Below, in pieces: positions 1 through 11,274 of a stretch of DNA of 64,000 nucleotides. Made by a program: the position numbers and the translations under genes. Source of the stretch: Chiloscyllium plagiosum (lineage: Eukaryota); NCBI RefSeq assembly GCF_004010195.1, contig NC_057755.1, forward strand, positions 9,215,306-9,279,305, read 5' to 3'. Position 1 is the stretch's first letter. The number at the start of each line of letters is the position of its first letter. The notes under the pieces were generated by a model that saw only the letters and a list, made by a program, of their open reading frames with translations, searched no databases and was not told the DNA's origin.

Positions 1-1134
1 TAATTTAGGATATCTGGTCGACATGAAAGCGTTGGACTGGAGGGCTTGTTTCCATGCTGGACGTCTGCGTGACTTCGAGTCCAGTCAACCAGACAAAGGA
101 CATAATGAGTGACCAAGGAAACTTCACTCTGGAAAAGATCACATTACTATTGGAATAACTTTTTACTTTGAAAAGAAGAAGCAGTATGCGGTTTGCATTG
201 CTTTACACGTTAGTAATGCTGACTGTGGGTGGAAGACAAAATGACCCTTAAAGTAACAATTAGAAGTAAACTTGAAATGGATAACACCACAGCTTAAAAA
301 TGGGATGTCTTCAACACACCTTTGTTTAATCAACGCTAGTTATATCTCCAGGTATTATTTTATAGACTTAAATATCAAAGCAATCGTGCACCAGAAAATG
401 ATTAAAGGTCACATTAAGAAGGAAGAAATGTCAAAGAAGTATGTTAACACTAATGATGTCCTGAAGGATAACGCGAGTTTTAAACGACAAAACTCAAATA
501 CACTTTTGAAATCATCAGGCAAGTTGTTTCAGTCGAGTGGCGTGCATCATTTACAGATGGAGAAATATGCGCTTTCATTTCACTTTCCATCAGTAAGCAG
601 TGCATATTGTCGACTGAATGATCAATGAATTTTCAGTTTTGTAATTTTCAGTTTTTCAGTTTTAATTCAGCAAAATTGAATTAAGTGCTTGCTTTGAAAA
701 GGAGAGGCAGGACACAGCTTTAAATTTTGCTGAACGTATGAGGGAAGGAACTGATTCATAAGACAGCAATCTAAACCAAAGTGTATGTGGTTAAAAGAAT
801 AGATTTGAAACAGGATATTTTCACCCAGACATTTCTTAAAAACGGCACTGATTATACATCATAAATATTTCTTTACCCACTGACGGATACAAGCAACTGT
901 TCACCACAAAACAATGGTGATTAATACGAAGTAGTGAGAATCAGAACAAAAACACGTTAGGAGGATTACAGACCTAAGGAGAGGAGGATGGTTGAAATAG
1001 TATAACAGTCTGAATTTTTTTTTAATCATAGGAGAAAGATGTTAGATGATTACATTGATTTATCTATTATGAACAGAAAGAGAAACATGTGATTTGATTC
1101 AGTTCCCTTTCGTAGCAGTGGATATTGCCTAAAA

Positions 1135-1475
1135 GATGCACGCCAAAGTTCACCAAGGCTCCTTCATCAGCACTTTCAAAACTGACAACTGCTTCTGTCT
1201 ATAAGGACAAGGACAGCAGATACTGGGGAACACTGTCATCTTCAAGTTCCCTACCGAGCAACTCACAATCCTAACTTGCAAATACGTCATTGTTATTTCG
1301 CTGTTCCAGGTAAAAATCCTGGAATTCCCTCTCTAAGGGCAGTGCAGGTGTACCTACAAACCATGGACTGCAGCAGTTCGAAAAGGCAGCTCACAACCAC
1401 CTCCTCAAGGGGCAACTAGAGATGGGCAATGCATGTTGGTGCAGCCAGTGCGGCAGATGTCCGCCAAGTGATTAA
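1135..1475 (+). mobile_element. 3' end of the CR1/L2-group LINE family also seen at 30820-34115 (second fragment about 2070-2310)
   Basis: Matches 33790-34110 (GGACTGCAG..TTC.A.AAG.CAGCTCAC.ACCAC...CAAGGG). Confidence 0.75.
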
Positions 1476-1848
1476 TATGCAGAATAATTTTGTTTGTCTG
1501 ATCTTCTGAAAGTAAAGCAAACTGAAAATGGAGAGGTACAAGTCTCATTGATCGAAACATGCATTTCAGCATTAGTGATACGAAATATAGAGAAAGGAAC
1601 ACAGTTAAGCCTGATTCTGGTTCGTACTCAGGAATTGGATTTGAAATATATTGAATTTGTCTACGGATTTCCTGATACCAGTTCTGAAGTGACCAAATGA
1701 ATTAAGAAAATAAACAGAACATTGGATGATATACGTGTTTGAAATAAGTTGTCTTACATTCCATGATAAATTGCGTGCAGAAACAGTCCATTTTTTCTTT
1801 TATTTAATGATGAAATTCCAGGCAAATGTCTGAAGCAATATGTTCTGA

Positions 1849-1867
1849 AGCCACCAGAGGGCAGACC
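1849..1867 (+). promoter_or_regulatory. Candidate CTCF binding motif
   Basis: AGCCACCAGAGGGCAGACC matches the CTCF core CCACCAGRGGGCAG. Confidence 0.5.
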
Positions 1868-2892
1868 TATGTGAGCTTGACACAGATCAGTCAACCAAAC
1901 TTACTTCATGAGGAAGGAGGCTTCTGGCAGAGATCATAGTAACACAGGACTAATTATTGCTTTGTAAAAAAAGTACACGGTTACTACAATTTTATATTTT
2001 GGTAAACCTGACTGTAGAGGGAAGAGAATATCCCACCAGCAGGGGAAAGATATTTACAAGATGCACTGTATAAATTCACCAAGTTTACTTAAATGGCACC
2101 TTCCAAATCTACAAGCGATTACATATGGAAGGACAAGGGCAGCAGATACACGAGAACACCTCACCCTATGAATGCACCTCAAATCACTCACCATTCTGAT
2201 TTGGAAAGATGTCATTGTTTCTTTGTTGTCACTTTGTCAAAAGTCTGGAACTCTCTCCCAAAGTATATTGTGAATCTACCTACAGCACAAAAGAAAATAA
2301 AAATCAAATAAATAACGCAATGATGAATTCTATTTTCCTCATGAATTCATTTGGGCACTTCAATACTACTACTAGGAAGTCTGTGACGTTTTATTAACTT
2401 ATGTTTATGCCGATTCCCTTATATTTATTACTGCTGAAGGATCGTTTTAAGGGGTGTGATTTGCTTGACGTTGAAAGTGGATCAACTTGTGTATATATAA
2501 AGAATGCTGAATTAAACTAACGTTCAGCTGAACATATCCTCATTCAAACCTGTAATTATATCCAAATGGCGTTTGGTTTAAATTGCTACTTATGGCTCCT
2601 ATTTCCTTCTCATTACAGTGCTCTTCACCAAGATGTGAAATTTTGGGAACTGTATATTACTTGTTATGTTCAGTGCAAACATTAAAAGCAATTTTATTCA
2701 GATCACTGTCGAACTGCAATCCCCTTGATCTTTCATCATGAAGCAAGTACTATTCGAGTTTAAAATAACCGGTCCTTTAGTAGTGCCAGAATTTTCGCTG
2801 GAATTTAATTACAATTATATTGAAAGAAGATTATTTCTGCTTGCAATTTATCATGGAAGTAAAGCACCAATTTCAGCAACTTACCTAATTTT

Positions 2893-3170
2893 AGATTAGA
2901 TTCCCTGCAGTGTGGAAACAGGCCCTTCGGCCCAACAAGTCTATACCAACCCTCCGAAGAGTAACCCATCCAGACCCATTTTCCTCTGATTAATGCACCT
3001 AACACTACGGGCAATGTAGCGTTGCCCATTCATCTGACCTGCGGGAAGAAACCGACACAGACACGTGGAGAATGTGCAAACTTCACACAGACAGTCACCC
3101 AAGGCTGGAATTGAACCTGGGATCCTGGTGCTGAGAGGCAGCAGTGCTAACCACTGGACCACTATGCCGC
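2893..3170 (-). mobile_element. HE1-like tRNA-derived SINE
   Basis: Minus-strand A box (TGGTCCAGTGG) and B box (GGTTCAATTCC); CR1-type tail GGGCCGAAGGGCCTGTTTCCACACTG + (TCTAA)n. Confidence 0.88.
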
Positions 3171-4214
3171 GCCAAAAGAAACAATCAGTTTCATTTTCTT
3201 GAATAACTCATTTCCAAATTTCATTACTACAACAGGAAGTGTGTACACCAATCCATTATATTTGAAATTGCTTTCCTTGGTGGAACCAGGGTCAGAATTA
3301 TTTGTGTTCCCTTAAAATTACCCTCGCTTACAGTGGCAATATTCAGAGCTGCCTCATTGAGAAAGTGGCAAAAAACGTTTAGCTCGAATCTCTCTGTCTT
3401 TCCCCAGAGTCTGTTTATCTTCCACCAGTTTTTCTCTCAATTTTCTCCTTTGACTTTGCCTCCCCAACATCTCCCTGTCTTCAGCCCCACACCGCATCTC
3501 TCTCATCACCTGTATCTCTTTCCTTTTCTCCGTGTGTCTCTCTCTTTTCCTCTGCATCTGCAGATGCATTAATTCATTTTATTTGTGGACAGCTCACAAT
3601 TTGACCACACAGCAGATTAGTGTGGGATTTGATAAACACTCGATCTTGGGATGGGGCCAAGCCACATAGACTTCACACGCTGCGACATATCTGTCCAAGC
3701 TGCACGTCTACGAGTCTGTGGCTGATCTAATTCAGATTTTGTGTATTTGAATCTCTCAGATATTCGGATCTCAGAAAGTAAGAAAACTGACATTGTCTCA
3801 GGCATTCACTATAAACAGGCTCTGGAATTTGCATTTTAATTCACGTTCAAAAGTTGTGGCAATATCATACCTTTGCAAGGATCTTAGAAAAATGGCTTTT
3901 GACACCTTTCCCCTTCCTCCTTGCAGACAGAATTCCAGATTCAACTGAATCTGTTAAATATTAAATGTTTGTAAAAGGCAGCCATTTTATTAGCACAGCA
4001 TTTACAATGACTTTATAAATTGGGAAAAGCAAAAGAGAATAGCGACATTAATCGCACACTAACATCAAAGGTTGTCTGACCCTAAACTCCTGACACAGAG
4101 GATGGGGCAAATCATGCGAATAATTGCTGAGGTTCTGTTCCAGAATGCTCTGCTCTCCATGTGATTTCCAGGTATAGCTCTGTCTCTGTCTGTCTCATGT
4201 TTCCATTTTTGCAA

Positions 4215-4375
4215 CACGTGTGTCGATATTTCTGTGTGTGTGTGCATGTATGTGTGTGCATGTGTGTGTGTGTACATGTGTGTTGTGAGTGTCAGTGGGT
4301 GTGTGTATTTGCACGCGTGCACGTGATTGTGTTTCTGTCTGTGAGCAGGAGAGACTGTGACGGTGTGTGTGTCTA
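4215..4375. repeat. Degenerate (TG)n-rich tract about 0.5 kb upstream of GPCR copy 1
   Basis: Interrupted alternating purine-pyrimidine sequence. Confidence 0.85.
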
Positions 4376-4781
4376 TCTGTCCTGAGATTGTCCAATAAAT
4401 GGAAATATCCTCTCAACATTTATTCTGCCAAGCTCCTGAAAAATCTTATGCGGATCAATTCCATCACTTTTGGATCCTTAGTCGTCTTGTGGGATTGTGA
4501 AATCAACAACTTTTATGAAATATACTTTAAAATTGAACATAATCCTTAAAAATGAAAGAAAGCCAACAAATAACTGAGTACAATAGTATGTTGCGGTTCC
4601 TCTAGGTATGTACCAATCATCTCCATTTGTTAGCTTTAGTGAAACGTCCATCTGTTACTCAGCTGTGAAATCTCCTCATGAACAAGGTGAGTGAAATGGC
4701 GCATCTAACATCTCTTCAGCAAACATGACGATGATATATTGCGAGACGTTTACCTTGTCCTCAACCATTGACACGATGTTT

Positions 4782-4789
4782 TATAAATA
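4782..4789 (+). promoter_or_regulatory. Candidate TATA box of GPCR copy 1
   Basis: TATAAATA 83 nt upstream of the ATG. Copy 3 has TTAAATAG at the equivalent distance (35527, 84 nt). Confidence 0.5.
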
Positions 4790-4864
4790 GGGAACATTCA
4801 CTGCGCTCAAACACATTCAATGTATCAGAATCAATCTGTGTATATTCCAGACGTTCTTCTGCGA

Positions 4865-4934
4865 ATGGTGCAACCGATAATTCTACGGATTAAGATATTT
4901 TTTTACCCGATTCTTGCAGCCTTTGGCATTCCTG
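4865..4934 (+). CDS. GPR139-like GPCR, copy 1, coding exon 1: MVQPIILRIKIFFYPILAAFGIP
   Basis: ATG at 4865, 70 nt open, ends CCTG|GTATGT donor. Phase 1, joins in frame to the acceptor at 6915/6916. Confidence 0.85.
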
Positions 4935-5104
4935 GTATGTCAGCAACATGGAGATTGCGGTTGAGATAGTTATTTGGACTGGAGACCTTTGACTTGTGCC
5001 GTGCCACAAGGATCACTTTTGGCGACATTTCGGTTTGTACATTTATTTCAACAATTTGCATGATAATATTTGCAGTATGATCAGTAAATTTGCGCATGAC
5101 ACTT

Positions 5105-5990
5105 AAACTGATAGTACTGAGGAGAATGAAGAAATTTATCTAAATTTCAAGAGGCCTTGAACTTGGCCACTGAGAAGTGAAGTGACAAATCAAGCTTAAT
5201 TAAGATAAATGAAAGGTGTTGCATATTGGTAAGGCAAACCAGGACAGAACTTACATAGTTAGTGGTAGGGCTGTAGGGAGTATTATTGGACAGCAGGACG
5301 GAGGGATGCAGTTACATAGTTCATTGAAAGGGGCGTTGCACTTGGACAGTATGGTGACCAAAGGTGTTTGGCACATTTGCCTTCACTGGTCAGAGCACTA
5401 TGTATAGAAGTTGGGGTGTCATGTTTCAAATGTACAAAATATTGTTGATGCTGCTTCTAAAATAGTGTGCATATTTTTTCCTCGCTCTTGTTTAGGAAGG
5501 ATGCGGTAAATTAGAAAGAGTGCATAGAAAAATTCAAGGACCTTGCTGAAACTGTAGGATTGAGTTAAAGATGATTTTGATACGCTGGGTCTTTTTTCTC
5601 TTTTTGGTATGAGGCAGAAAGATCACGTTATAGATCTACATAATGTCATTAGGATATTGGTAATGTAAATAGCAAAGGCCTATTTCCTCATGGTAGTTGA
5701 GTACAAAACTCGAGGACGTAGGTTTAACGTGAGAGTGGAAATACTTAAAAGGAACCTGAGGGGCAACATTTTCACGAAGAGAGTGGTGCACGTATGGAAT
5801 GAGCTGCCAGAGGAAGTGGTGGAGCAGGGTAAAATTATAACATTGAAAATCTATTTGAACATGAAAATAAGCAGGGAAGATTTAGAATGGAACCGAACAA
5901 ATGCAGTCAAATGGGATCGGTTAAGTGTTTATTACCTCGTTGCACGGATTTGTTGGACCAACGTTTAAGTTTCCCTGTTGTGTGAATCGA
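5105..5990 (+). mobile_element. 5'-truncated CR1 LINE in the intron of GPCR copy 1
   Basis: VLHIGKAN; RGNIFTKRVVHVWNELPEEVVE (CR1 ORF2 C-terminus). Confidence 0.85.
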
Positions 5991-6915
5991 GTGTGTGGCT
6001 GTAATCACTGTTTATCTGCAGAGCAGAATGGGATGCCTGAGACATCTTCTGTCAATGTACTCAGTGAACAGGTACGCACCTAGTAGAAGTATAGAAAACA
6101 GGAGCAATGTGAAGCTTTTCGGCCCTTCATTTCGAATAGAGAATCTCAGTTATCAGAATTGTACTGGCATTCACTGGCGCTTATTGGAAGCTGTCTGTAT
6201 TCGTTAATATAATCAGAATTAAATAAAGGGACAATCCGATGCAGCCGTGATGTTACAGCTTGTGGAAAACCCTGATTTAAACTGGCCATTTATATCACAT
6301 TTTTTTAAACTTTGGTTTATCCATTTAATCTGTCGATTTGCTTGATTGACTTTGTGTGAATGTTGGGGCGAGAATCAAAGTGAAATAAATTTAAATATGA
6401 ACCACTATTTTGATAACCATGCCTTTAATTTTAATTTTGCCCTGCCATAGTTGCTGCCCACTTAATAACTTGTTCGGTCCTGTTTTTGAATGGAAGATTT
6501 CTCATGTCAATTAATTTAAATCCTTCACTGCTGATTAAACGTTTACTGCAGAACGATTGTGGTCATGTTTAATGGTGATTGAATCACTTCATTTTACTGT
6601 GTTGTGAATGTATAAAAAACAGGGAGGTGGATTAGATTTACGTTTTAGTCTGCATTAATCTCACGGATGACCTATATGAAGGATAAATGCCACAGTATAC
6701 TTTGATCTACTTAATAGTTGGAGCACTAAACTAGAAGATGCTGAAATCGAGCCAAACTTTCACTCTCTCTATTCTGAGTGTCCCATGTGCTATTAGAGCA
6801 TCATGAAATTTCGAAACTCATGTGCATTTAAGGAGCACCATTGGGTATATTTCCAAACAGTTCCAGATCTTTGAGTGATTCTGTTTTTAAACCTTTTGTT
6901 AAATTTCACAACCAG

Positions 6916-7809
6916 CAAACCAGCTGACAATAATAATTCTCTCCAGGGGAAAGTGCTGCATTTCCGATTCTGCCTCTGCCTACATGGTCGCCATGGCAAC
7001 AACTCCTCTTCTGCTGATGATCTTCAATGTGCATCACATTTTCCGTTTTCATTTTATACATGCCTTCTTCTCCTACACTGGATTTTGTAAGTTTGTTATC
7101 TACATGAGCGCTGCCAACCTGTACATGGCAGTGTGGTTCACTGTCTTGTTCACATTTGATCGATATATAGCTATATGCTGTGGGAGGCTGAAAACCAAAT
7201 ATTGCAGATGGAGGAGAGCAACTGCAACTATATTGAGCAACACTCCCGTGGTTTACCTTGTGAATATACCCTATTGGTTTGCACATGAACCTGAACAAGT
7301 AATTGATCATATACAGCGAGGTTGTCGCCACAATCTGAAATTCTTCTCTTCTCCAGCAGGTGCGACATTCTCCTGGTTTCAAAGTACCTTAACTGTTTGT
7401 CTTCCCTTTTCTTTGTTCAATTCCTTAGCTGTCAGACTCATTGTAGTCGCAAACAGAGCGCGCAGGGTCATCCGGGGATGCAAAATTGACAGTCAAGAAG
7501 ACCCAGAGGTGATGAGTCGAAGGAAGTCCATCATTTTACTCTTCACGAGATCGGCCAGCTTCATTTTTCTGTGGTTGACAATAGCGGTGAGCTTTTTTAT
7601 CTGCAAGGATAACAGACACTGCACGTTATCAAGGTGATTATGCAGTTCCCACCTACATTGCCACTGAAATCGGGCTCATGCTTACGTATTTGAATTCATA
7701 TACAAACGTGTGCATTTATGCAGCCACGCAAAGTAAATTCAGACAGGAGGTGAAGAAAGTGTTGGCCTCTCCTTGGCCACGTATTCTCAAACTAGCCAAT
7801 CGAAATTAG
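6916..7809 (+). pseudogene. GPR139-like GPCR, copy 1, exon 2; one +1 frameshift in the T6 run at 7593-7598 (young pseudogene or assembly error)
   Basis: ACCAG|CAAAC acceptor, then ANQLTIIIL...FTFDRYIAICC...SFIFLW in ORF 6984-7637. Removing one T restores ...VSFLSARITDTARYQGDYAVPTYIATEIGLMLTYLNSYTNVCIYAATQSKFRQEVKKVLASPWPRILKLANRN* ending at TAG 7807-7809. Confidence 0.85.
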
Positions 7810-7912
7810 AAAGGACAGGTGTCCTATTCTCTGTCTGCTTGCGTTGCTCTGTCTCATGCAGATAACTAAATCTCTTAGTTTTCAATTTCCTCAATTCAAA
7901 TCTAAATGTTTG

Positions 7913-7918
7913 AATAAA
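7913..7918 (+). other. Candidate polyadenylation signal of GPCR copy 1
   Basis: AATAAA about 100 nt after the stop, followed by GT/T-rich sequence. Confidence 0.4.
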
Positions 7919-8169
7919 AAATGATGAAAACTGTGTGTGATTGTATACCATTTTTCGGAAATTATGTTGTTTGTTTTAGTTTTGTCAAGTTAAAATGGTG
8001 GATTATTTTCTTATTGTTTGGGAACCATCCAAAAAGCAGTTGGAATTCTGCTCCAACAAAGACAGTCCTTTTGGTGGTCAGATGGGGAATGAACGCATTT
8101 TATTACATGCCTCTACCACGCCTCGGCTTAGGGATCTCTTATAGCTCGAAAGTGACTGATTGATTGACT

Positions 8170-8810
8170 TATTTCCATGTGTACCTAAGTACAGTGAAAT
8201 GCATGGTTTAGTAGCAGTGCAGGCAGATCAGAGTATGAAAAAATGCTTGGACAGAGGCATGGAATGGAGTGTGGTAGGCAAGATCAATGTTTTCAAGTTC
8301 AGCCTTATTTGAATTTATTGAGTGCATTCATCTGTCTAATAATATGTTCTTACAACTGCCGGCGCCTCTGTTCAGACTTCTGTATATTCTGCCGGATGTA
8401 ATAGATAGTGTAAGGAAGTTATTGGGGTGGGATGTATCTTTGATGATATTGGCAACCTTTCTCTGGCAAAGAGAAGTGTAATAGTGTACGTTACTGAAAA
8501 TTTGGCTTTGGTGATTCTGAGCTGTGCACTCAACCTTCTGTAGGTTCTTACGTTCCAGAGCAGATCAGTTGACATACCAAGCTGTTATGCACCCGGACAG
8601 TATGCTTTGAATGATGGATCTCTCGAAGTTAGTGAGAGTCCTCATGGACTACCAAATTTCGTGAGCCAACTGAGGAAGAAGTGGCGTTGTTTTGCCTTCT
8701 TGACCGTCACATCTGCGAGGAACTCCAGACACAGACGTGATCTCCAACCTTCTTTCTGAAGTCAGTGATTAGTTTTTTTTTCAATGTTGAGAGAGATATT
8801 ATTCTAATCG
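8170..8810 (-). mobile_element. Non-LTR retrotransposon fragment, Rex1/Babar-like RT C-terminus
   Basis: Minus strand reads QRHFFLSWLTKFG and QSILSGCITAWY, typical of Rex1-like ORFs. Confidence 0.6.
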
Positions 8811-8851
8811 TAGCACATAAACGCATCTCGATATGCACTATGAAAGAGATA

Positions 8852-9767
8852 TGTGATGCTGCTGTCACTTTAAGAGATTAGTTTTTCGATTCTTTTTGAA
8901 GATAAGTTGCAGGGCCAAAGTGAAGTATTAGCTTCTGAAGACGAATTGTGCATTCGACGTGTGAGGCCTTTTTCTTTAATGTCTGTGGCAAGCTCTCTCA
9001 GATCCAGGTATCTGTGGTTTTTTTCTCAGTAACATCAGAAGCTCTTGGGGTGTCAAAAGTGATTGAATCTGCAGTAGATTTCTCCTTCCTGCGAAACCCC
9101 TGAAATTTTCTTGATGATTTTTCTCCTAGAATTAACTGCATGTGCGAATCTATGTTTATATTTACCGTTCTGCCAAGGGACGTGTTTATAGGATGTTACA
9201 AAATTGGAACAGTTCATTAATAATAGCTACAGTATCTGTTGTTTTGTTAAGTTTCCCAAGAGTTAAGTTATTCTGAGGTCCTATTTGTCTTTTGTTTCTG
9301 GGTGTTAACTTTAGTGTTTAAATGTGTTGTGTTTTGATTAATGTGGAGAAGTTTGAGCAGTAAGATTGCAGCTGGAACACGGCACTTCACATCTTAAATT
9401 AAAATAAGAAAATGTCATGGTGCAGTCTTGCTTCTTGAATCACATTTTTATTCACGGGATGGCGATGTCGCTGGCTGGGCATCATTGAAGATTTATCTCT
9501 AATATTTCAGAGGATCGTTAATAGTCAAAGACATTGTTGAGAGTCTGGATTCACATGTAGGCCTGATCATGTGACGAAGGTAGATTCCCTCCCGAAAGGA
9601 CATTAGTGAAACAGATGGGTCTTCTTGTAAACAAATTCTGTTTTCTACAAAATTGCATGGTTTGATCAACTGGAATATCCACGTTCCACCTGCTTAAAAT
9701 CGCGAAAAAATTAGAGGCTGGACGACTTTCTTGAAATGTCTTGAGGGGGTCTGGTCTTGTTCTTCAC
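8852..9767 (+). mobile_element. Probable solo LTR related to the Gypsy LTRs in this window, with an internal SINE fragment (about 9445-9620, minus)
   Basis: Begins TGTGATGCTGCTG and ends CTTGAAATGTCTTGAGGGGGTCTGGTCTTGTTCTTCACA, like the LTR ends at 23550-23586 and 54965-55004. Confidence 0.55.
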
Positions 9768-10539
9768 AAAGCAAAGCACACTTTATTTTTACATTACATA
9801 TACAATACAGATACGTTAAATGTAAAAACATTGCCTTCACTAACACTCGGGTAAAATCCTAAGCAAAATAATTGCTGCTAATGAATAGTTACATTATAGC
9901 AACATTCCACGATGCACCCATTGCAAAGACAACTTCACTAAAATAGACTGTCTTAAATGCAATTTTAGCAAAGGGAAGAGAGCTGCAGTTTTTGGTTGAA
10001 ACCGAGTCAGGAAAACAAACGTCTGCATTTCAGTTCAAGATCCCAGCATCTGCCGATGGCCAAAACTAAAACTGCTGGCTCTGTATGAGTTTGGTTCTAT
10101 TGGTCCATTCTTTCTTTTTTAAAAAAATAACGAGCCCTTACAGGTTGTTTTTGGCTTTGAGCGAACCACCCACACGTCTAGCTGAACATCTCTTCACTGA
10201 AAGATAATCCAGGACAGCATGCAATCCGCACACATCTCCATGTTAAACAAATGAATGACAAATGTACAGATGCCTTCATTTAAAAAAAAAGCTTTATGCT
10301 ACCAGCATACTACAATAGATATGCATTACATTGACTCTAAGCAATCAAATATTCACGACTACAATCGATTACAACTCCATTTATTCCTCATCATCGAACA
10401 CTTCTGTCTTCCTTCATCAAAGTCATAACAACACGTCTGCCATTAGATTCTCCAGTCCGCTACGTGTATAATCTTCAAATTGAATGGCCGCAATAATAAT
10501 CTCCATTTATATAGAACTGTAGCTGGATGACATGCAGGG

Positions 10540-11220
10540 TACGGAGGAATTTATTGAGAAGTGTTCCAGGACACTAGTAACCTACAGCAACGAGAAGAAG
10601 GCAGATGGGCTATCGCCAGGAGTAAGAATGGGAACCAGAAACATCGTAGGGATCTCCTGTGGTGGTTCCCCTCAACAACAAAGATAATGTTCTGTATTCT
10701 GTTGGGGGGACGACTTATCAGAGGTAAGCAATGGAGCACCGGTGTCTGCCTGCTGCTCAGAAGGGAAGGGGTTCGAGGAGCAGAGCTTTAGTCATTGGGG
10801 ACTCCATAGTTATGGGGACAGATTGGAAATTTTGTGGGAACGAGAGAGACTCAGAATTTTCTTAACCTCCCAGTTACTAGGGTTCATGATATCTCAATTC
10901 GTATTTTCAGGATCCTTGCAGGGAAAGGGGAGCAGCCCCAGGTAGTAGTCCACATAGACATCAATGGCACAGGTAGGAAGAAAGGTGGGGATCCAAGGCA
11001 GAAATTCAGGGAGCTCGTTTGGAAGCTTAGAGCTGGAACAAAAAGAGTTGTTGTCTTCAGTGTGTTGCCCGAGCTACGTGCATTTAAAGAGAGGAACAGG
11101 GAGAGAGCGGAACTGAAAATTTTGCTGCAGGGGTGGGCTGGTGGGAGCGTTTCAGTTTCATGGATAATTGGAGCACTTTCTAGGGCAGGTGGGAGCTCAC
11201 CAACAGGACGATCTTCACTT

Positions 11221-11274
<54 letters not shown>

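Noticed and set aside
272..628. 118-aa ORF
   Set aside because: Starts at TTG, has no recognisable domain or splice context; consistent with a chance ORF in AT-rich DNA.
4065..4419. His/Thr- and Cys/Val-rich ORFs (also 11168-11449)
   Set aside because: Translations of (TG)n microsatellite.
6906..7382. 158-aa minus-strand ORF
   Set aside because: Antisense shadow of the GPCR exon.
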